From the NCBI GenBank assembly GCA_965153355.1, contig OZ231126.1:41292001-41356000 (forward strand): DNA of 64,000 nucleotides. The letters are read 5' to 3'. The notes under the pieces were generated by a model. That model made no database searches. It was not told the DNA's origin and saw only the letters and a program-made list of their open reading frames with translations. Below are positions 1 through 15,203 of the stretch, one piece after another. Within the stretch, counting starts at the first letter, position 1. The number at the start of each line of letters is the position of its first letter. The stretch comes from Flaccisagitta enflata (lineage: Eukaryota). A program made the translations under genes and the position numbers.

Positions 1-1803
1 TCTACTGAGAGAAAAACAAGACTACTTCAAACATAAGATTGTAATGAGTGAGGACAAACTTTTTGGATAGAAAAAAAATTATTAGGAAATAATGAGTGAG
101 GACATTTTTTGAAAATAAAAACAAAAGGCTATCAAAGAAAAAGGGTCTGGTGAGTGAGGACATCTATGGAGAGAAAAAAAGACTACTACAAACAAAAAAT
201 TGTGGTGAGTGAGGACACACTTTTGGGATAAAAAAAATCCTTTGAAGAAGAAAACAAAAGACTATCAAAGAAAAAAAGTCTGGTAAGTGAGGACATCTAT
301 TGAGAGAAAAAAAGACTACTACAGACATAAGATTGTGGTGAGTGAGGACACACTTTTGGGATGAAAAAAAATCCTTAGAAATGGTGAGTGAGGACATTCT
401 TTGAAGAGAAAAACAAAAGACTATCAAAGAAAAAGGTCTGGTAGTGAGGACATCTATTGAGAAAAAAAAGACTACTACAAACAAAAGATAGTAGTGAGTG
501 AGGACACACTTTTGGGATGAAAAAAATCCTTAGAAATGGTGACTGAGGACATTCTTTGAAGAGAAAAACAAAACACTATCAAAGAAAAAGGGTCTGGTGA
601 TTGAGGACATCTATTGAGAAAAAAAAAAGACTACTACAAACAAAAGATAGTGGTGAGTGAGGACACACTTTTGGGATGAAAAAAAATCCTTAAAAATGGT
701 GAGTGAGGACATTCTTTGAAGAGAAAAACAAAAGACTATCAAAGAATAACGGTCTGGTGAGTGAGGACATCTATTAAGAAAAAAAAAGACTACTACAAAC
801 AAAAGATAGTGGTGAGTGAGGACACACTTTTGGGATGAAAAAAAATCCTTAGAAATTGTGACTGAGGACATTTTTTGAAGAGAAAAACAAAAGACAATCA
901 AAGAAAAAGGGTCTGGTGAGTGAGGACATCTATTTAGAAAAAAAAACAACTACAAACAAAAGATAGTGGTGAGTGAGGACACACTTTTGGGATGAAAAAA
1001 AATCCTTAGAAATGGTGAGTGAGGACATTCTTTGAAGAGAAAAACAAAAGACTATCAAAGAAAAAGGGTCTGGTGAGTGAGGACATCTATTGAGAAAAAA
1101 AAAGACTACTACAAACAAAAGATAGTGGTGAGTGAGGACACACTTTTGGGATGAAAAAATCCTTAGAAATGGTGAGTGAGGACATTCTTTGAAGAGAAAA
1201 AAAAAAGACAATCAAAGAAAAAAGGGTCTGGTGGTGAGGACATTATTGAAAAAAAAGACTACTACAGCAAAAGATAGTGGTGAGTGAGGACACACTTTTG
1301 GGATAAAAAAATCCTAAAATGGTGAGTGAGGACATTCTTTGAAGAGAAAAAACAAAAGACTATCGAAGAAAAAGGGTCTGGTGAGTGAGGACATCTATTG
1401 AGAAAAAAAGCTACTACAAACAAGATAGTGGTGAGTGAGGACACACTTTTGGATGAACAAAATCTTTGAAATGGTGAGTGAGGACATTCTTTGAAGAGAA
1501 AAACAAAAGACTATCAAGAAAAAGGTCTGGTGAGTGAGGACATCTATTGAGAAAAAAAAAGACTACTACAAACATAAGATAGTGGTGAGTGAGGACACAC
1601 TTTTGGGATGAAAAAAAATCCTTAAAAATGGTGAGTGAGGACATTCTTTGAAGAGAAAAACAAAAGGCAATCAAAGAAAAAGGGTCTGGTGAGTGAGGAC
1701 ATCTATTGAGAAAAAAAAAGACTACTACAAACAAAAGATAGTGGTGAGTGAGGACACACTTTTGGGATGAACAAAAAATCCTTGGAAATGGTGAGTGAGG
1801 ACG
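1..1803. repeat. Tandem satellite, ~158-159 bp unit, ~11 copies (truncated at window start), built of three subunits that each carry GGTGAGTGAGGACA
   Basis: CTACTACAAACAAAAGATAGTGG-type anchor recurs at 631, 790, ~947, 1106; the core GGTGAGTGAGGAC occurs three times per unit. Confidence 0.95.
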
Positions 1804-2034
1804 GCAAAAAAAAAAAAAAAAACAAAAATTTACCCAGGACTAAGTGGATCTTGCTTCGCTGCGATCCACAAACAGCATCTGAGGCGGAATCCGAGGCAGA
1901 ATCTGAGGCTGTATTTGAGGCAGGTGTTTCCTCTGCCGCAACATTTTGACCTTTTTAGTGGCTTCAACGAAGAAACATTTTCCTCCATTTTCCTCCTTTT
2001 CAAAGTAAAGTGAGACGGCAGTGGGTAGAATGGG

Positions 2035-2149
<115 letters not shown>

Positions 2150-2679
2150 TTTCGATCAAACAACTATTCTTCCTTCATCCTTTCTAAAGTATCCTCTCTA
2201 TCCCTCTTGTACCATCATTTTCTACGCCATCTACCCTTGTCTTTATGCAATTGATCTCCCTCGTCCTTTTCTTTTTGATTTCCCTGTATGTTTCATAGTC
2301 TCTGTACATGAAAGTTAAAACAACATGTTTCAACAACGTTACCTCAACACTACCTCTTCCTCTCTCCTTTATCTGCTTCTCTTTTACCATATCTATCAAC
2401 ATGGGCGTATTAGAGCCAAAATTATTGGGTCTTCAAGTCCCAATGAATTATGTTTCTCAACTAATTAGTAAAATCATCCTACAAATATGATCTAAAATAT
2501 CATTTTTCAATTTCATGATTTCTATATAACCAATTTCATATTTCAGTCTCAATCACATATGTGTCCTAACATCAAGGTCAAATACGCCACTGCCCATAAG
2601 TACCACCCCCTCTTTCTCTTTTTCACTCACTCCTTTTCACTGCAACTCGTTTCTACTATGATCCCATGACCCATGCCTT

Positions 2680-2792
<113 letters not shown>

Positions 2793-3792
2793 ACTGCGTG
2801 TGTGATGTCTTGGTCCCTAAGCAGTGAGAGGCAATGAAATTTGTTGCTGCTTAAACAGGGCCCTAAAGCCCTTTGGAGATAATTGATCTTTCGGCCTTTT
2901 CACTCCCTTGACGCCGCAGATGTAGCAGGGTGATGCTATGTTTCTTAATAAAAACACTGCCGAACGATTCTGTAGCACAATACAGACTGCTGAATTATGC
3001 TGTAGCATTTTTTTATGGGGGCGTTATATATAAATCTAATAGAGTGGCCAACAAATTTGCTCAAAAAAAAAAGACACAACAAGATGGCCCAGTAAGCTGA
3101 AATTTGGTACGTAGCCTCTCAGTTAGTTTTATTACTTGTTAGAGTGCGCATTTGATCATATAGACTATTTTAACACCCTGTTTTCCCTGTAAAAGCGCTT
3201 TGTTGGTGCAACTCTCGGATCGTTTCTAATCAATCTTTTAACTTATAAATCTACTTATTTTTCCTTTTTCGTAACATATCAAGATAAAGAAGGAGGAAAA
3301 CAGAGAACATATGTAAACGCAGCGCAGTGGGAAGGAAATGGGGAACAATGGGAGATAAAGAATTAACAAGGTCATTAGACTTAAGTCGCGTGAGTCGGTA
3401 CTTTAAAGAAAAAGTCAGACGACAAAAGACAGAGAGGTGTACAGACAGACAAAAAAGACAAAGAGTACTGACCAACACGTGCTGTTTGATGCCTTATAAC
3501 CTATAAATGTCTTTAAAATGCTTAAAAGACCTCTAAACATTTTTGTGATGGGCGGACGGACAGAGAGATGGACGGACGGATGGACAGACGGACGGATGGG
3601 CGGACGAACGAACGGACGGGCGGACGGGCGGACGGGCGGACGGGCGGACGGGCGGACGGGCAGACGGGCGGACGGGCGGATGGACGGACAGACTGATGGA
3701 CAGACTGATGGACCGACAGACCGAAAAGTGGCTTATTGAGTCGCGTAGCACGAGACTAAAAAGAAAGGAAAAGAAAAGAAGTTTAGGAAAGA

Positions 3793-4018
3793 AACAAGGC
3801 CGGATACACGGCTACCAAAGTCGCGTGCGGGTGGGCAAGGGCCATATTTGAGGTCACTAGACCATTTGGGCAGGAGCAGTGAGGCCAAAGAAATAAAATC
3901 ATAAAAAAAGTAAAATGTGACCGACCAGCCGATAAACCAATCGACCAACCGACCGACCGACCGACCAACCAACCGACGGAAAAAGCGGGTTGTAGAGTCG
4001 CGTGCACGCGACTAAAAA
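3793..4018 (-). mobile_element. Family A non-autonomous Helentron/DINE-1-like element (HINE), full copy
   Basis: AACAAGGCCGGATACACGGC stem-loop end, subterminal AGTCGCGTG, (CCGA)n microsatellite, palindromic AGTCGCGTGCACGCGACT-AAAA end. Confidence 0.8.
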
Positions 4019-4103
4019 TGAAGAGGAAGAAGCAAATCCTAACAAGGAAAACTCGACGCTAATCAAATGCTTCTGACTCCAAGTCACTCAACAGGCGTAA
4101 GTC

Positions 4104-4151
<48 letters not shown>

Positions 4152-4588
4152 GACCCTGTCACTCAGCATGCTTTGGTGATCAACTAACTTTTCCTCTCTT
4201 TTGATAAGAAAGAGAAGGAAAAAACAAAGCAGAAGCGAAATAAAACAAGGCCGGATAAACGGCTATACCCGTCACGTACGGGTGGGTAGGGACCATATTT
4301 GAGGTCACTAGGCCATTTGGACAGGAGCAGTGAGGTCAATGCATGCAACAGGTTTTATTATTTTGGTGGAATTGAGTTTACAAATAACTGACCGGCTGAA
4401 AGACAAATGGTTTGACAGATGGATGGACAGACAGATGAACGGACGGACTGATGGATGGATTGATTGACAATGGACAAACGGGGTGATAAACCTTTGTATG
4501 TATAGATGTATGAATGAAAGCACAGACGGGAAGGCGTATGGGTGGAAAGTTGGAAAAATGGACAGACAGAGAGACAGAGAGACAGACA

Positions 4589-4660
<72 letters not shown>

Positions 4661-5341
4661 GACAGATAGACAAAACAACGATTGGATGGGAGTGGACGGA
4701 AAGACGGTAATTGTCAGATATGAGAGCGGAAAGAAAATAAGAAAATGGGAAAGATAGGGAAAGATATGAGGAAGAGGAACTAACCGGTTTTTGACTTATT
4801 TAGAAAGAAAAGAAGGAAAAGAAAGAAAAAAAAGGAAAAGGGAAAAAAAAGAAAGAAAAGAAAGAAAAGAAAGAAAAGAAAGAAAAGAAAGAAAAGAAAG
4901 AAAAGAAAGAAAAGAAAGAAAAGAAAGAAAAGAAAGAAAAGAAAGAAAAGAAAGAAAAGAAAGAAAAGAGGAAAAAAAAAAACAACCAGAAACTCATTTA
5001 AACATGATAAGGATCACTGTGCTTTTACTGTTTTTTGTTATGTCTGCCTTCATGCATATTTTCTTCAAGAACGAGATAGTGGTCTTGAAGATTTCATCTG
5101 TCAGTAGGAACGTTGGTTTGTCTGTCTGTATCCAACAATTAGCAATATTGTAAGTGAATGCGAATGAACCACAAAGCCATCCAACTTTTTCTCTTTTTTC
5201 ACACCGCATTCTGAATTTCGATTGGTCACTTTTCCTGTTTGTCTGTTCGTCTGTCTGTCTTTTCTGTCTCTGTCTCTTCTTCTGTCACTGTCTCCTTTTC
5301 TGTTTCTATCTCTCCGTCTCTCTCCCTGTCTCTCTCTGTCG

Positions 5342-5395
<54 letters not shown>

Positions 5396-5503
5396 CCATT
5401 ATTATCCGGAGTATTTACGGTTGATTTACTCGGTTGTAAGAATTAAGACGTCAATATCCGGACCGACTGACAGAATGACCGACGGCCGACCACCACGTCG
5501 TAA

Positions 5504-5616
<113 letters not shown>

Positions 5617-6142
5617 CAGAGACAGAGACAGACAGACAGAGGAGAGAGAGTTCAAGAGTTCATCATACTCATCGTGGTGTGACCAGCATTGTACGTGGAA
5701 GTAATCTGATCGGGTTACTTATGTAACCAAACAGCCCGACAAGAACATGCAAAAAACCTTACACTTGATCTCCGCAAGAAAATAAAAACAGAAAAAACAA
5801 AGAAACAAAGAAACAAAAGGAGAGAAAAAAAAACAACGGTTGCAGGTGGGTTGAGTGGGATAAAGAGGCGTTAGGTAGTTTTTTCCCATCAGGGTGGGAT
5901 TTGATGGACTGTGGGATGTCAGGACACCAACAAATTTCACCGCTTATAGGCGGATTTTTGCTATCACCAATATAGCAACTGAAAGAATATGACTTGAAAG
6001 GACTTCGGTTTTATATCCGTTGTAGATTGATCTTTATAATTCTTGGGTTCTTGGAGACAGATAGACCGATAAACAGCTAAACAGACTTACTGTCATTCTT
6101 CAAATTTACTTGTTGTCGCTGCATTTGTTTAGGAACACCCAT

Positions 6143-6305
6143 TTTTAGTTGCGGACACGCAACTCTATGAGAGACTTTGTCCGTCCGTCCGTCGGTCGGT
6201 CGGTCGGTTGGTCGGTCCGTCACGCTCGAGTTGAAAAGTGAGAAAACGCGCATTTCCGCCCCAGCCCACCCGTCCGCAGCTGGTGGCCGTGTATCCGGCC
6301 TTGTT
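6143..6305 (+). mobile_element. Family A HINE-like element (short subfamily)
   Basis: TTTTTAGTTGCGGACACGCAACTCTA ... (GTCG/GTCC)n ... GGCCGTGTATCCGGCCTTGTT; an opposite-orientation relative lies at ~6643-6783. Confidence 0.75.
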
Positions 6306-8061
6306 CTAAGGTTAGTACAGTTGAACCTCACACAAACGGAAGCAAGGGACCTACCAATTTCATCCATCATTCTTGGATCAGTTATAGCAGAATGTTTTTT
6401 AGCTGGAAATCTTTTTCTTAGGAAGACGACTACACTGCCTACAGTGTAGGCCCTACACACAAGCACACGCAGAGACAGAGACGCACAAGAGAGAAGGATG
6501 TTCAAGCAGAGTGAGACATGGACGCATCGACAAATACACTGAAGCTTTGACATTTGAAACAAAGGAGATAAGAAAGGAGCAAGAACTGAAGGAGACAAAA
6601 CATAAGGAAAGGAGACAAGAAAGGAGCACGAACTGAGGGGGACAAGGCCGGATACACGGCCAATACTAGTTGGGGACGGGTAGGCAGGGGCGGAAATGCG
6701 CGTTTTCACACTTTCCAACTCGATTACCGTGACCGACGGACGGACGGACGGACAAAGCCACGTAGCGTGTCCGCAACTAAAAAGAGAAAGAGAGAGGAGG
6801 AGAGTGAGGAGAAAGGAGGACTGGAGGAAGGAGGAAGGAGCTCAAGCTGAGAAATGGGAAACGAGGGGGGAGAGAGCAAAAAGAGAGCGAGGACCGAGGA
6901 GGAAGGAGGGAGAACGAGAGGGAGAGAGTAAAAGGAGAGCGAGGAGGAAGGAGGGAGACTCGGTCTTCACGCTTCAACCAATTAACACGATTACTTCTAC
7001 TCAAGATGGTGACAGCTGAGACTTGGAGACAGTGGACAAAAAAAAGAAAAGTAGACGAAGAAGAAGAAGAAGAAGAAGAAGAAGAAGAAGAAGAAGAAGA
7101 AGAAGAAGAAGAAGAAGAAGAAGAAGAAGAAGAAGAAGAAGAAGAAGAAAAAAAAGAAGCAGAAGAAAAAGAAGCAGAAGAAGAGAAGGAGGAGGAGGAG
7201 GAGGAAAAGTAGAGAAGACTGAAGGAACTAAAGGAAAACGAGAGTAATGAAAAAAGAATAGAACACGAGAAAGAAAAAGAGAAAAAAACTGCTGGGGGAG
7301 AAACCACTCAGCAAGCCGTTAAGAATATTAGAGAAAAAGAGTAATTCCTGTCTTGAAAGGCTGGAACTCCAAAGTCAAAGAGGAGAGAAATCCTGAAAGT
7401 GCAGACGTGAGTAAGTTGAAACACATCAACGTTCCATATAAGATGTCAAGTGACCATTGTTTGATGCTCTCGATGCAAAATGTTCGATGCCCGATGGCTA
7501 CTTGTCACCAATACTTGACGCTCGATGATTGTTGCTCGATGACCCATTCTTGATTGATGCAAAATTCATGATGCCAGCCAGTGACCAATGCAACGTTTAC
7601 TCATTCATTCATTCATTCATTCATTCACTCATTGATTCATACATTCATTCATTCATTCATTCATTCTTTCATTCATTCATTCATTCATTCATTCATTCAT
7701 TCATTCATTCATTCATTCATTCATTCATGCATGCATGCACGCACACATTCATTCATTCATTCATTCATTCATTCATTCATTCATTCATTCATTCATTCAT
7801 TCATTCATTCATTCATTCATTCATTCGTGTTTTCATTCATTAATGTAATCATTCATTAATCTTTTTATTCATTCATTCATTCATTCATTCATTCATTCAT
7901 TCATTCATTCATTCATTCATTCATTCATTCATTCATTCATTCAGTCATTAATTTTATTCATTCATTCATTCATTCATTCATTCATTCATTCATTCATTCA
8001 TTCGTGTTTTCATTCATTAATGTAATCATTCATTCATTTTCTAATTCATTCATTCACTCAT

Positions 8062-8120
<59 letters not shown>

Positions 8121-9655
8121 TTCATTCATTCATTTATTTATTTATTTATTTATTTATTCATTCATTCATTCATTCATTCATTCATTCATTCATTCATTCA
8201 TTCATTCATTCATTCATTCATTCATTGCGCTCTAATCACGGCAAAAAACGGCCTCGATAACTGCGACTTTTTCCACTCGATTATTTCCGTGATTGTCTCC
8301 TCCTTCTCTTTCTCATCCTCCATCTTTTTCTTCAACTTGTTATCTTCTTTTTTCTGCTTCTCTTTTCTTCCTTCCTCTCTTCACCCCTCCCTCATTGGAC
8401 TCCTCAGTTAACTAGTAATGCTTTCTCTTCCATGACTTCATGAACGCACAAGCCAAAAAGAAAAAAAAAGAAGAAAAAAGAAGAAAAATGGAAAAGAAAA
8501 AGAACGCGGGGTAAAAACATCATTGCAAGTGGGCAGGGGTGAAGAACCCTCATCCTCACCACCCTCCCCCGCCCCCCCCCCCACACACTCCCATACACAG
8601 ACAGTCACAACTGCAGAATCATGATCATAAATGCGCGTTATCAGACTTTTTAACTCGAGCATGGCCTAGGGGCGGACCAATGGACGGATCAAAAGAACAA
8701 TGTACCAACGGGCCAATGGACGGACAAAGCCTCTTGAATAGTTGCGTGTCTGCAACTTAAAAGAAGGCGAAGAAGAAGTAGAAGAAGAAGAAGAAGAAGA
8801 AGAAGAAGAAGAAGAAGAAGAAGAAGAAGAAAAAGAAAAAGAAAAAGAAAAAGAAAAAGAAAAAGAAGAAGAAGAAGAAGAAGAAGAAGAAGAAGAAGAA
8901 GGAGGAGAAGAAGAAGAAGAAGAAGAAGAAGAAGAAAATGGATATCTTGTAATGGAGGCAAAAAGGACAAAAAGGCAAAAGAAACGAATTTAGTAAATGT
9001 AAAACCTAATTTATCTTCTTAAGTTGACGAGTCAAGAACCAGAAAACGACAAAGACGAGGACGACAACGAAGAGGACGACGATGGCGATGACGACGATGA
9101 CGATGGCGATGGCGAGGACGACGATGAAGATGAACTGAAATTGGTCTCTGGGAATCACGGGGAATCGTCAATGGACAATAATCGACGATGGGAATAAATT
9201 TTATGATTGCACACAAAACTGCATTAAATCAAAACGAATTAAAACAGGGAAGAAAACGGGGGAGGTTAGTATAGAAATGACGACGACGAAAACGACGACG
9301 ACAAAGAACATGATGATGATGACATCGACGACAATGACTGAGACAAACGAGACGGCCGAAGACGACAGAGATAATAGAATTCTTCTGCAAACGACCCGTT
9401 CTTGGAGACGACAGTGAAGGATGATCGTGATGTCAATGATGTGGACGACGAAGACGACGAAAACGACGACGACGACGACGACGACAACGACGACGACGAC
9501 GACGACGGGAACTACGACGACAAGAGGGTGAATGATGATCATGATGCCAATGATGCGTTCAGAATTGCACGCCAACAAAAAGGTTAAGATTTTCGAACTC
9601 TCGTTCTTTGTTTTTTGGAAGTGGAGGACTACCACATTACTTGAAGCGACTTTTC

Positions 9656-9697
<42 letters not shown>

Positions 9698-9951
9698 GTC
9701 TCTCCGTCTTTTAGAACGTGGGACAACCATTTAGGCCGTTTTCCACCCAATCCGTTCATCTACAGACCTGACCACAACACAACAAATATAATGACCAAGG
9801 GGTGTTTAGTTTGATAATTGATACGGCCAAAAGGATCGTTTTTGGGTCCAATATAACACGGTTTTATGACGCTCGGGAATCATGTGCCTCCAAAAACCTG
9901 CTTGTCTGTCAGTCAGTATCTCTTTCGCTCTCGCTCTCTCTCTCGCTCTTG

Positions 9952-10013
<62 letters not shown>

Positions 10014-13000
10014 CCTTCTGATGGGATCGGTGTCGGATCAGAATTTTTTCAGGTGGAAATAAAAGGATGATGAAGAGAGGAAGAAGAAGAGAAAGAAGAA
10101 GGAGAAGAAGAAGAAGAAGAAGAAGAAGAAGAAGAAGAAGAAGAAGAAGAAGAAGAAGAAGAAGAAGAAAAAGAAGAAGAAGAAGAAAAAACGAAAAAAG
10201 AGGAGGAAGAAGAAGAAGAAGAAGAAGAAGAAGAAGAAGAAGAAGAAGAAGAAGAAGAAGAAGAAGAAGAAGAAGAAGAAGAAGAAGAAGAAGAAGAAGA
10301 AGAAGAAGAAGAAGAGATGAAAAAAAAAGAAGAAGAAAAAGAAGTGTTGAAAAAGAAGAAGAGTAAAAAGAAGAAAAGAAAAAGAAGAAGAAGAAAAAGA
10401 AAAAGAAGAAAAAGAAAAAGAAGAAGAAGAAGAAGAAGAAGAAAAAGAAAAAGAAAAAGAAAAAGAAAAAGAAAGAGAAAAAGAAGAAGAAGAAGAAGAA
10501 GAAGAAGAAGAAGAAGAAGAAGAAGAAGAAGAAGGAGGAGATGCAGGTTGAAGAAGAAGGAAAGAAAGAGTGAGTATTAGGCCGGAAATTTCGGCGGAGA
10601 GAATTAAGTCCCCTCCAACATCAAATTAAGTCGACGCCCAATTGCCAATATTCTCACTAAGAAGTGGCATTGCCATCACCACTGATTCACCACCGCTTCA
10701 ACCACCACCACCAACCCCGCCCAACTGCACCACCTCTACCCTTACCATCATCACCACCGCCATTATGAGAACAAATGGCACTGCCAACCATTCCGTTACC
10801 AACCAGATGGATTTGCCCTCACCACCATCACATAAAAAAGGCATTGTCATCATTGCTTGGAAACAGCATCTACCACTCCACCCACCTGCCCATTTTATAT
10901 ACCTCCCGCATGTCACTCACCCGTCCTATGTCATCGTCGTTACCACCCACCCATCACCATGACGCCATCCTAACCTCATCGGATCGTCAAATTTCTTAGT
11001 GGAAAAGACATTTGAAGTTATCGGGCTTCCGTCTTTACCTGTCGTTACCATCGTCATTTTCAGCATCGTCTTCGACGTCGTCATCAACGTCACCGTCATT
11101 GTCGTCGTCGTCATCTTCACCATTATTTGCCGGTATTCGTGTTTTGCTCTCCCTTTCTAAACGGCTTTTTGTCACCCGACTTCCCTCTCGCGCAATTTTC
11201 GTTTTATTGCGTTTATTTTCATCGCAACGGCTTTACCTCTGTCTCTCTGTCTCTGCCTGTCTCTGTCTCTCTCTGTCTCTCTCTGTCCCGATCTCTCTCT
11301 CTCTGCCAAACTTTCGTTTATATATACACATCCTTGTTTCCCCCTCATTTTCAGTTTATTGCCTCTGTTGCGCACTTTTCTCTCTGCGGTATTGATCATT
11401 ATTCCCCTCTTGTTTTGGATCAATTTACATTTGTTTTTTACTTCGTTTTTCGTTTATCTTTTTTAGCTCCTTCATTTACAGTCTGTTTTGGAATTGCCGT
11501 GTTCTCCCACGGTTCTTCTTATTCTCCCAGCCTTTTCCTACCATTCCTCCTTCTTGATACCGACAGCAGTTTCACCTCGTCTTACCCCTAACCTTGAGCT
11601 ACTTACTGCCATCTGCTTCACGTGCTTCTTTCTGTTTTTTTCTTGGGTGGGGGGGGGGTAAATAAAAACTTGGGCAGGATGTGGACGCATCGTTTCGCAT
11701 ATGATGTGCAACATACCGTATTCTTATTCGTAATGTCTGATTCTAACTTAACCCTATTGGGAGTATACGCACTTACCTTACCCCAATACAACCTTTCATT
11801 CGAATTTCTCCTCACCTAGACTCAAGGCTGCTCAACCTCCATTTATTCTTCCTCCCAATGCTTTTTCTCCTCCTTCTCCACCTTCTCCACTTCCTCTTCT
11901 CCCCCCCCCTCCTGCTGGCGCGGTGGTGGCGTTCCTCCGCCTCGGCGTTCTCCTTCTCTTTCTCCTTCTTCACCTAATTATAGCCTCTAATTGGATGGAG
12001 ATGGATCGACGTTTGCTTTAGACCGGAAATGCAATTAGACCCGCTCTTTCTCCTCCTCCTCTTCCCTCTCTCCTCTCCCTCTTCCTTCTCTATCTACTCT
12101 TCCTCTTCCTCTTCCTCCTTCTCCTCCCTCTCTTCCACCTCCTAGAGCCGCCCCCACCGCAAAAAAAAAGGCAAAAGGAACAAGGAGAGAGAGAAAGAAC
12201 TAGGAAGCTGAGAAAGAAGGGAGGGAGGAAGTGCGAGTAGAAGAGAGTTTACAAGCAGTAGGAGGAAGACGAATCTAGTGGAGATACAGATCAGGTTAAG
12301 ACGAAAAGGAGGAAATAGGGATGCATATAAAAGGATAGAGGAGGAAGGTGGGAAACGCCAAAATTGTGTGAAGTGTGAAGTGAAGAGGTACCTCAAAGCA
12401 AACGTAGAAAAGGTGCAGAAGATCATATCTGGAAAAGAGAAAACACCTCTTATAAAATTAGATGGACACTTTTTGTAGCTTCAAACAACTGTGACATGCA
12501 TAAAAATAGTCCAATTGCAGTAATGAAAAGGCCAAATCAAGTATTTGGACCAGGACATTTATGTGCAATTCCCCCATAAACGCCATCCTTGCATACTTTA
12601 AGAAAAAGGCAAGATTATTCCAAGTTAATTTAGTTTCTTTTCCTAAATGATTAGGATTTAGAAAGAAGATAAGACTTAAACTTAAGGACGATTTGCATAT
12701 ACCGAACAATGACAATCACAATTTTCAAACCATGCAAATAATTGTTTCGCTACTTATTTTTAGAATGGATGATTTCTTTTTACCTCATGTGAAAGAGAGC
12801 GTGGGTTCGCACTTTGCGCGTACATTGGGGAGGTCATAACAGATGAGAACTGCACGGGGAAAGATGAAAGAGACACAGACAGACAAAGACAAACTAACAA
12901 AGACAGAGAAAGAGAGACAGACTGAGACAAGCAGAGACAGGCAGAGCTGGAAAAGCTCTTCAATCAAATTCCGAACTAATTTCTAATTAGGAGGCCGAGC

Positions 13001-13482
13001 AAAAAGTCACGTTGTCTAATTCCACGCATTGTTGTTATTGTTATTATTGTTATTATTGTTATTTGTTGTTATTTATTATTTGTTTATTTATTATTATTTA
13101 TTTATTTATTTATTATTTATTCATTGTTATTCATTATTGTTGTTATTATTGTTGTTATTATTATTTATTGTTGAATTTGCACCGATAAGTAACGTTATTT
13201 ATTGATTTAATAACAAAATCGTAATAGTAATGAATAAACTATTAGTAATAGTAAATAATATTAATGTATTAATATAATAGTAGTAATGTGTAATATCAGT
13301 ATGTTAATAATAATGTAATATTAATAATATAAATAATGTAGTAAATAGTAAGTAATGAAGTATTAGTAGTAGTAAATATTAATAGTAGTAGGTAATGTAT
13401 TAGTATTAATGGTAGTAGTAGTAGTGGTAGAAGTGGTAGTAGTAATGGTAATAGTAGTAATAATATTAATGGTAATATTAGT

Positions 13483-13537
<55 letters not shown>

Positions 13538-13744
13538 TGTGGTTGTCGTCATTTTTCATTTTGTTTTTAGTATCATTTCTTTTTTTGTTGTTGGTTTATT
13601 CTTACCCTTGCTCACTATTTGGGGATTATATGATCGAATTCTCTTAAGTCATGAACACTTAAGTCATGAACAGATGATTGGGAGAACGAAACAACTTGCA
13701 GCAACCAGAAATGAAAAGCCATGCTTTTTTGGGCAGAAACAGAA

Positions 13745-13800
<56 letters not shown>

Positions 13801-13909
13801 AAAGAAGAGAAGACAGACAGACAAGACAGGCAGAAAAGGGTAGGAAAAGAAAAGAAAAAGAAGAAGAGAAAGGATAGAAAAATCAAACAAATGAATCTAC
13901 CAGAAGTCA

Positions 13910-14072
13910 GAAGTCGCGTGCAGGAGTGGGCAGGGCCATTTTGAGGTCTTTAGACCATTTTGAGGCAAACAGTAATATCAAAAATAAAAATCATAAAAGT
14001 AAAGTGTGACCAACCGACCGACCGACGAATAGACAAAGCGGGATGTAGAGTCGCGTGCACGCGACTAAAAAA
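13910..14072 (-). mobile_element. Family A HINE-like element, partial
   Basis: AGTCGCGTG...GGGCAGGGCC...(CCGA)n...GTAGAGTCGCGTGCACGCGACTAAAAA; matches 3793-4018. Confidence 0.75.
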
Positions 14073-14384
14073 CTTAGAAAAGAAAGGAAATCGAATGAGG
14101 ATGATGTGGCGTCGGAGGGCAAAAGGTGTCCTGAGGTGAGAAAGCGGGGACTAGGGGAGCTGGGGTGGGAAAGGGCTAAAGATGAAAATTGAGAATGTGG
14201 GAGAGAAATGTCGCGAGTGAGAAAACGGAGGAGTGGGAGAGAGCATCGCTGCAAGAGTGGAAGAGTAGATGAGCACAATGGCAAACAGGGGCAGCGAGAG
14301 TGAGACAGAGACAGAAAGGGGGAGAGAGCTGAGAGTGAACGAAATGGACCATAGCCATGTGCCTACTAAAGAGGTTCATGCTCA

Positions 14385-14451
<67 letters not shown>

Positions 14452-15203
14452 GTGTCTCTCTCTCTCTCTATCTCTGTCCTATTCTACAATAGAGATACAT
14501 TATTGATCTTAAAGCCAGTCCGCAGGGTGATGATAATGGGAAAAGGAACTGAGTTTGAGGAAGCACGGGATCAGAAGAGGAAGAAGAAGGAAAAGAAGAA
14601 GGAAAATAGTGAAGGAGGAAGAAGAAGGAAGGAACAAGACGTTTGTGGAAGGATAGAGGAAGGAAAGGCATAGAAGAAGACAGGGAGGGAAAAGAGAAAG
14701 ATTACGCGTAGTTGAGACGAAGATCTGTTTCGGAGACATTAAGTTTCTTATAGGATAAACGAAAAAAGGCAGGAAGGCCTAAATAGTCATCAAAAGTGAT
14801 TAGATAGTCAGCAGTACCCATTGCCCCTCGTAGCACGCGACTAAAAATGGTCCCGATTGAGAGGCAAAACTGGAACTTCAAAAGACAAGGCCGGAAACAC
14901 GGCCAATTTGTAGTTGCTTGCAGGCGGGCAGAGACGGTAACGTGTGTGAGATGGGTAGGGGCAGTATTTGGTTGGGCTTGGGCTGTACTGTGGCATGGCT
15001 GGACAGGGGTTGTTTTGCCCAAAAATTATTAATTCATTATTCCAGCTAGTTTTGCGTTTGAGACCTTCCGATCTTCCAAGAGACACACCCTCTTATGCAT
15101 GTTTAGGGTCGCTTAGCAAGCGGCTAAAGTTGGAAGATGAACGAAAGTTGAGAAAAGAAAAACGATGTGTGCATATGCTACATCCGGTTGCACTCTGCAA
15201 TCT

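Noticed and set aside
1-1803. CRISPR-like repeat/spacer appearance
   Set aside because: Spacers recur with period three rather than being unique, the context is eukaryotic with introns, and there are no cas genes.
3793-4018. Family A as a tRNA-derived SINE
   Set aside because: No A/B boxes, poly-A tail or TSD seen; subterminal IRs, GTCY repeats, terminal stem-loop and T-run insertion fit DINE/HINE better.
9020-9590. Asp-rich / Ser-rich ORFs
   Set aside because: Degenerate (GAC)n repeats with stops in the flanks; no domain.
13539-13740. Hydrophobic ORF resembling a transmembrane helix
   Set aside because: T-rich low-complexity flank of a (TAG)n repeat; no family motif or convincing splice sites.
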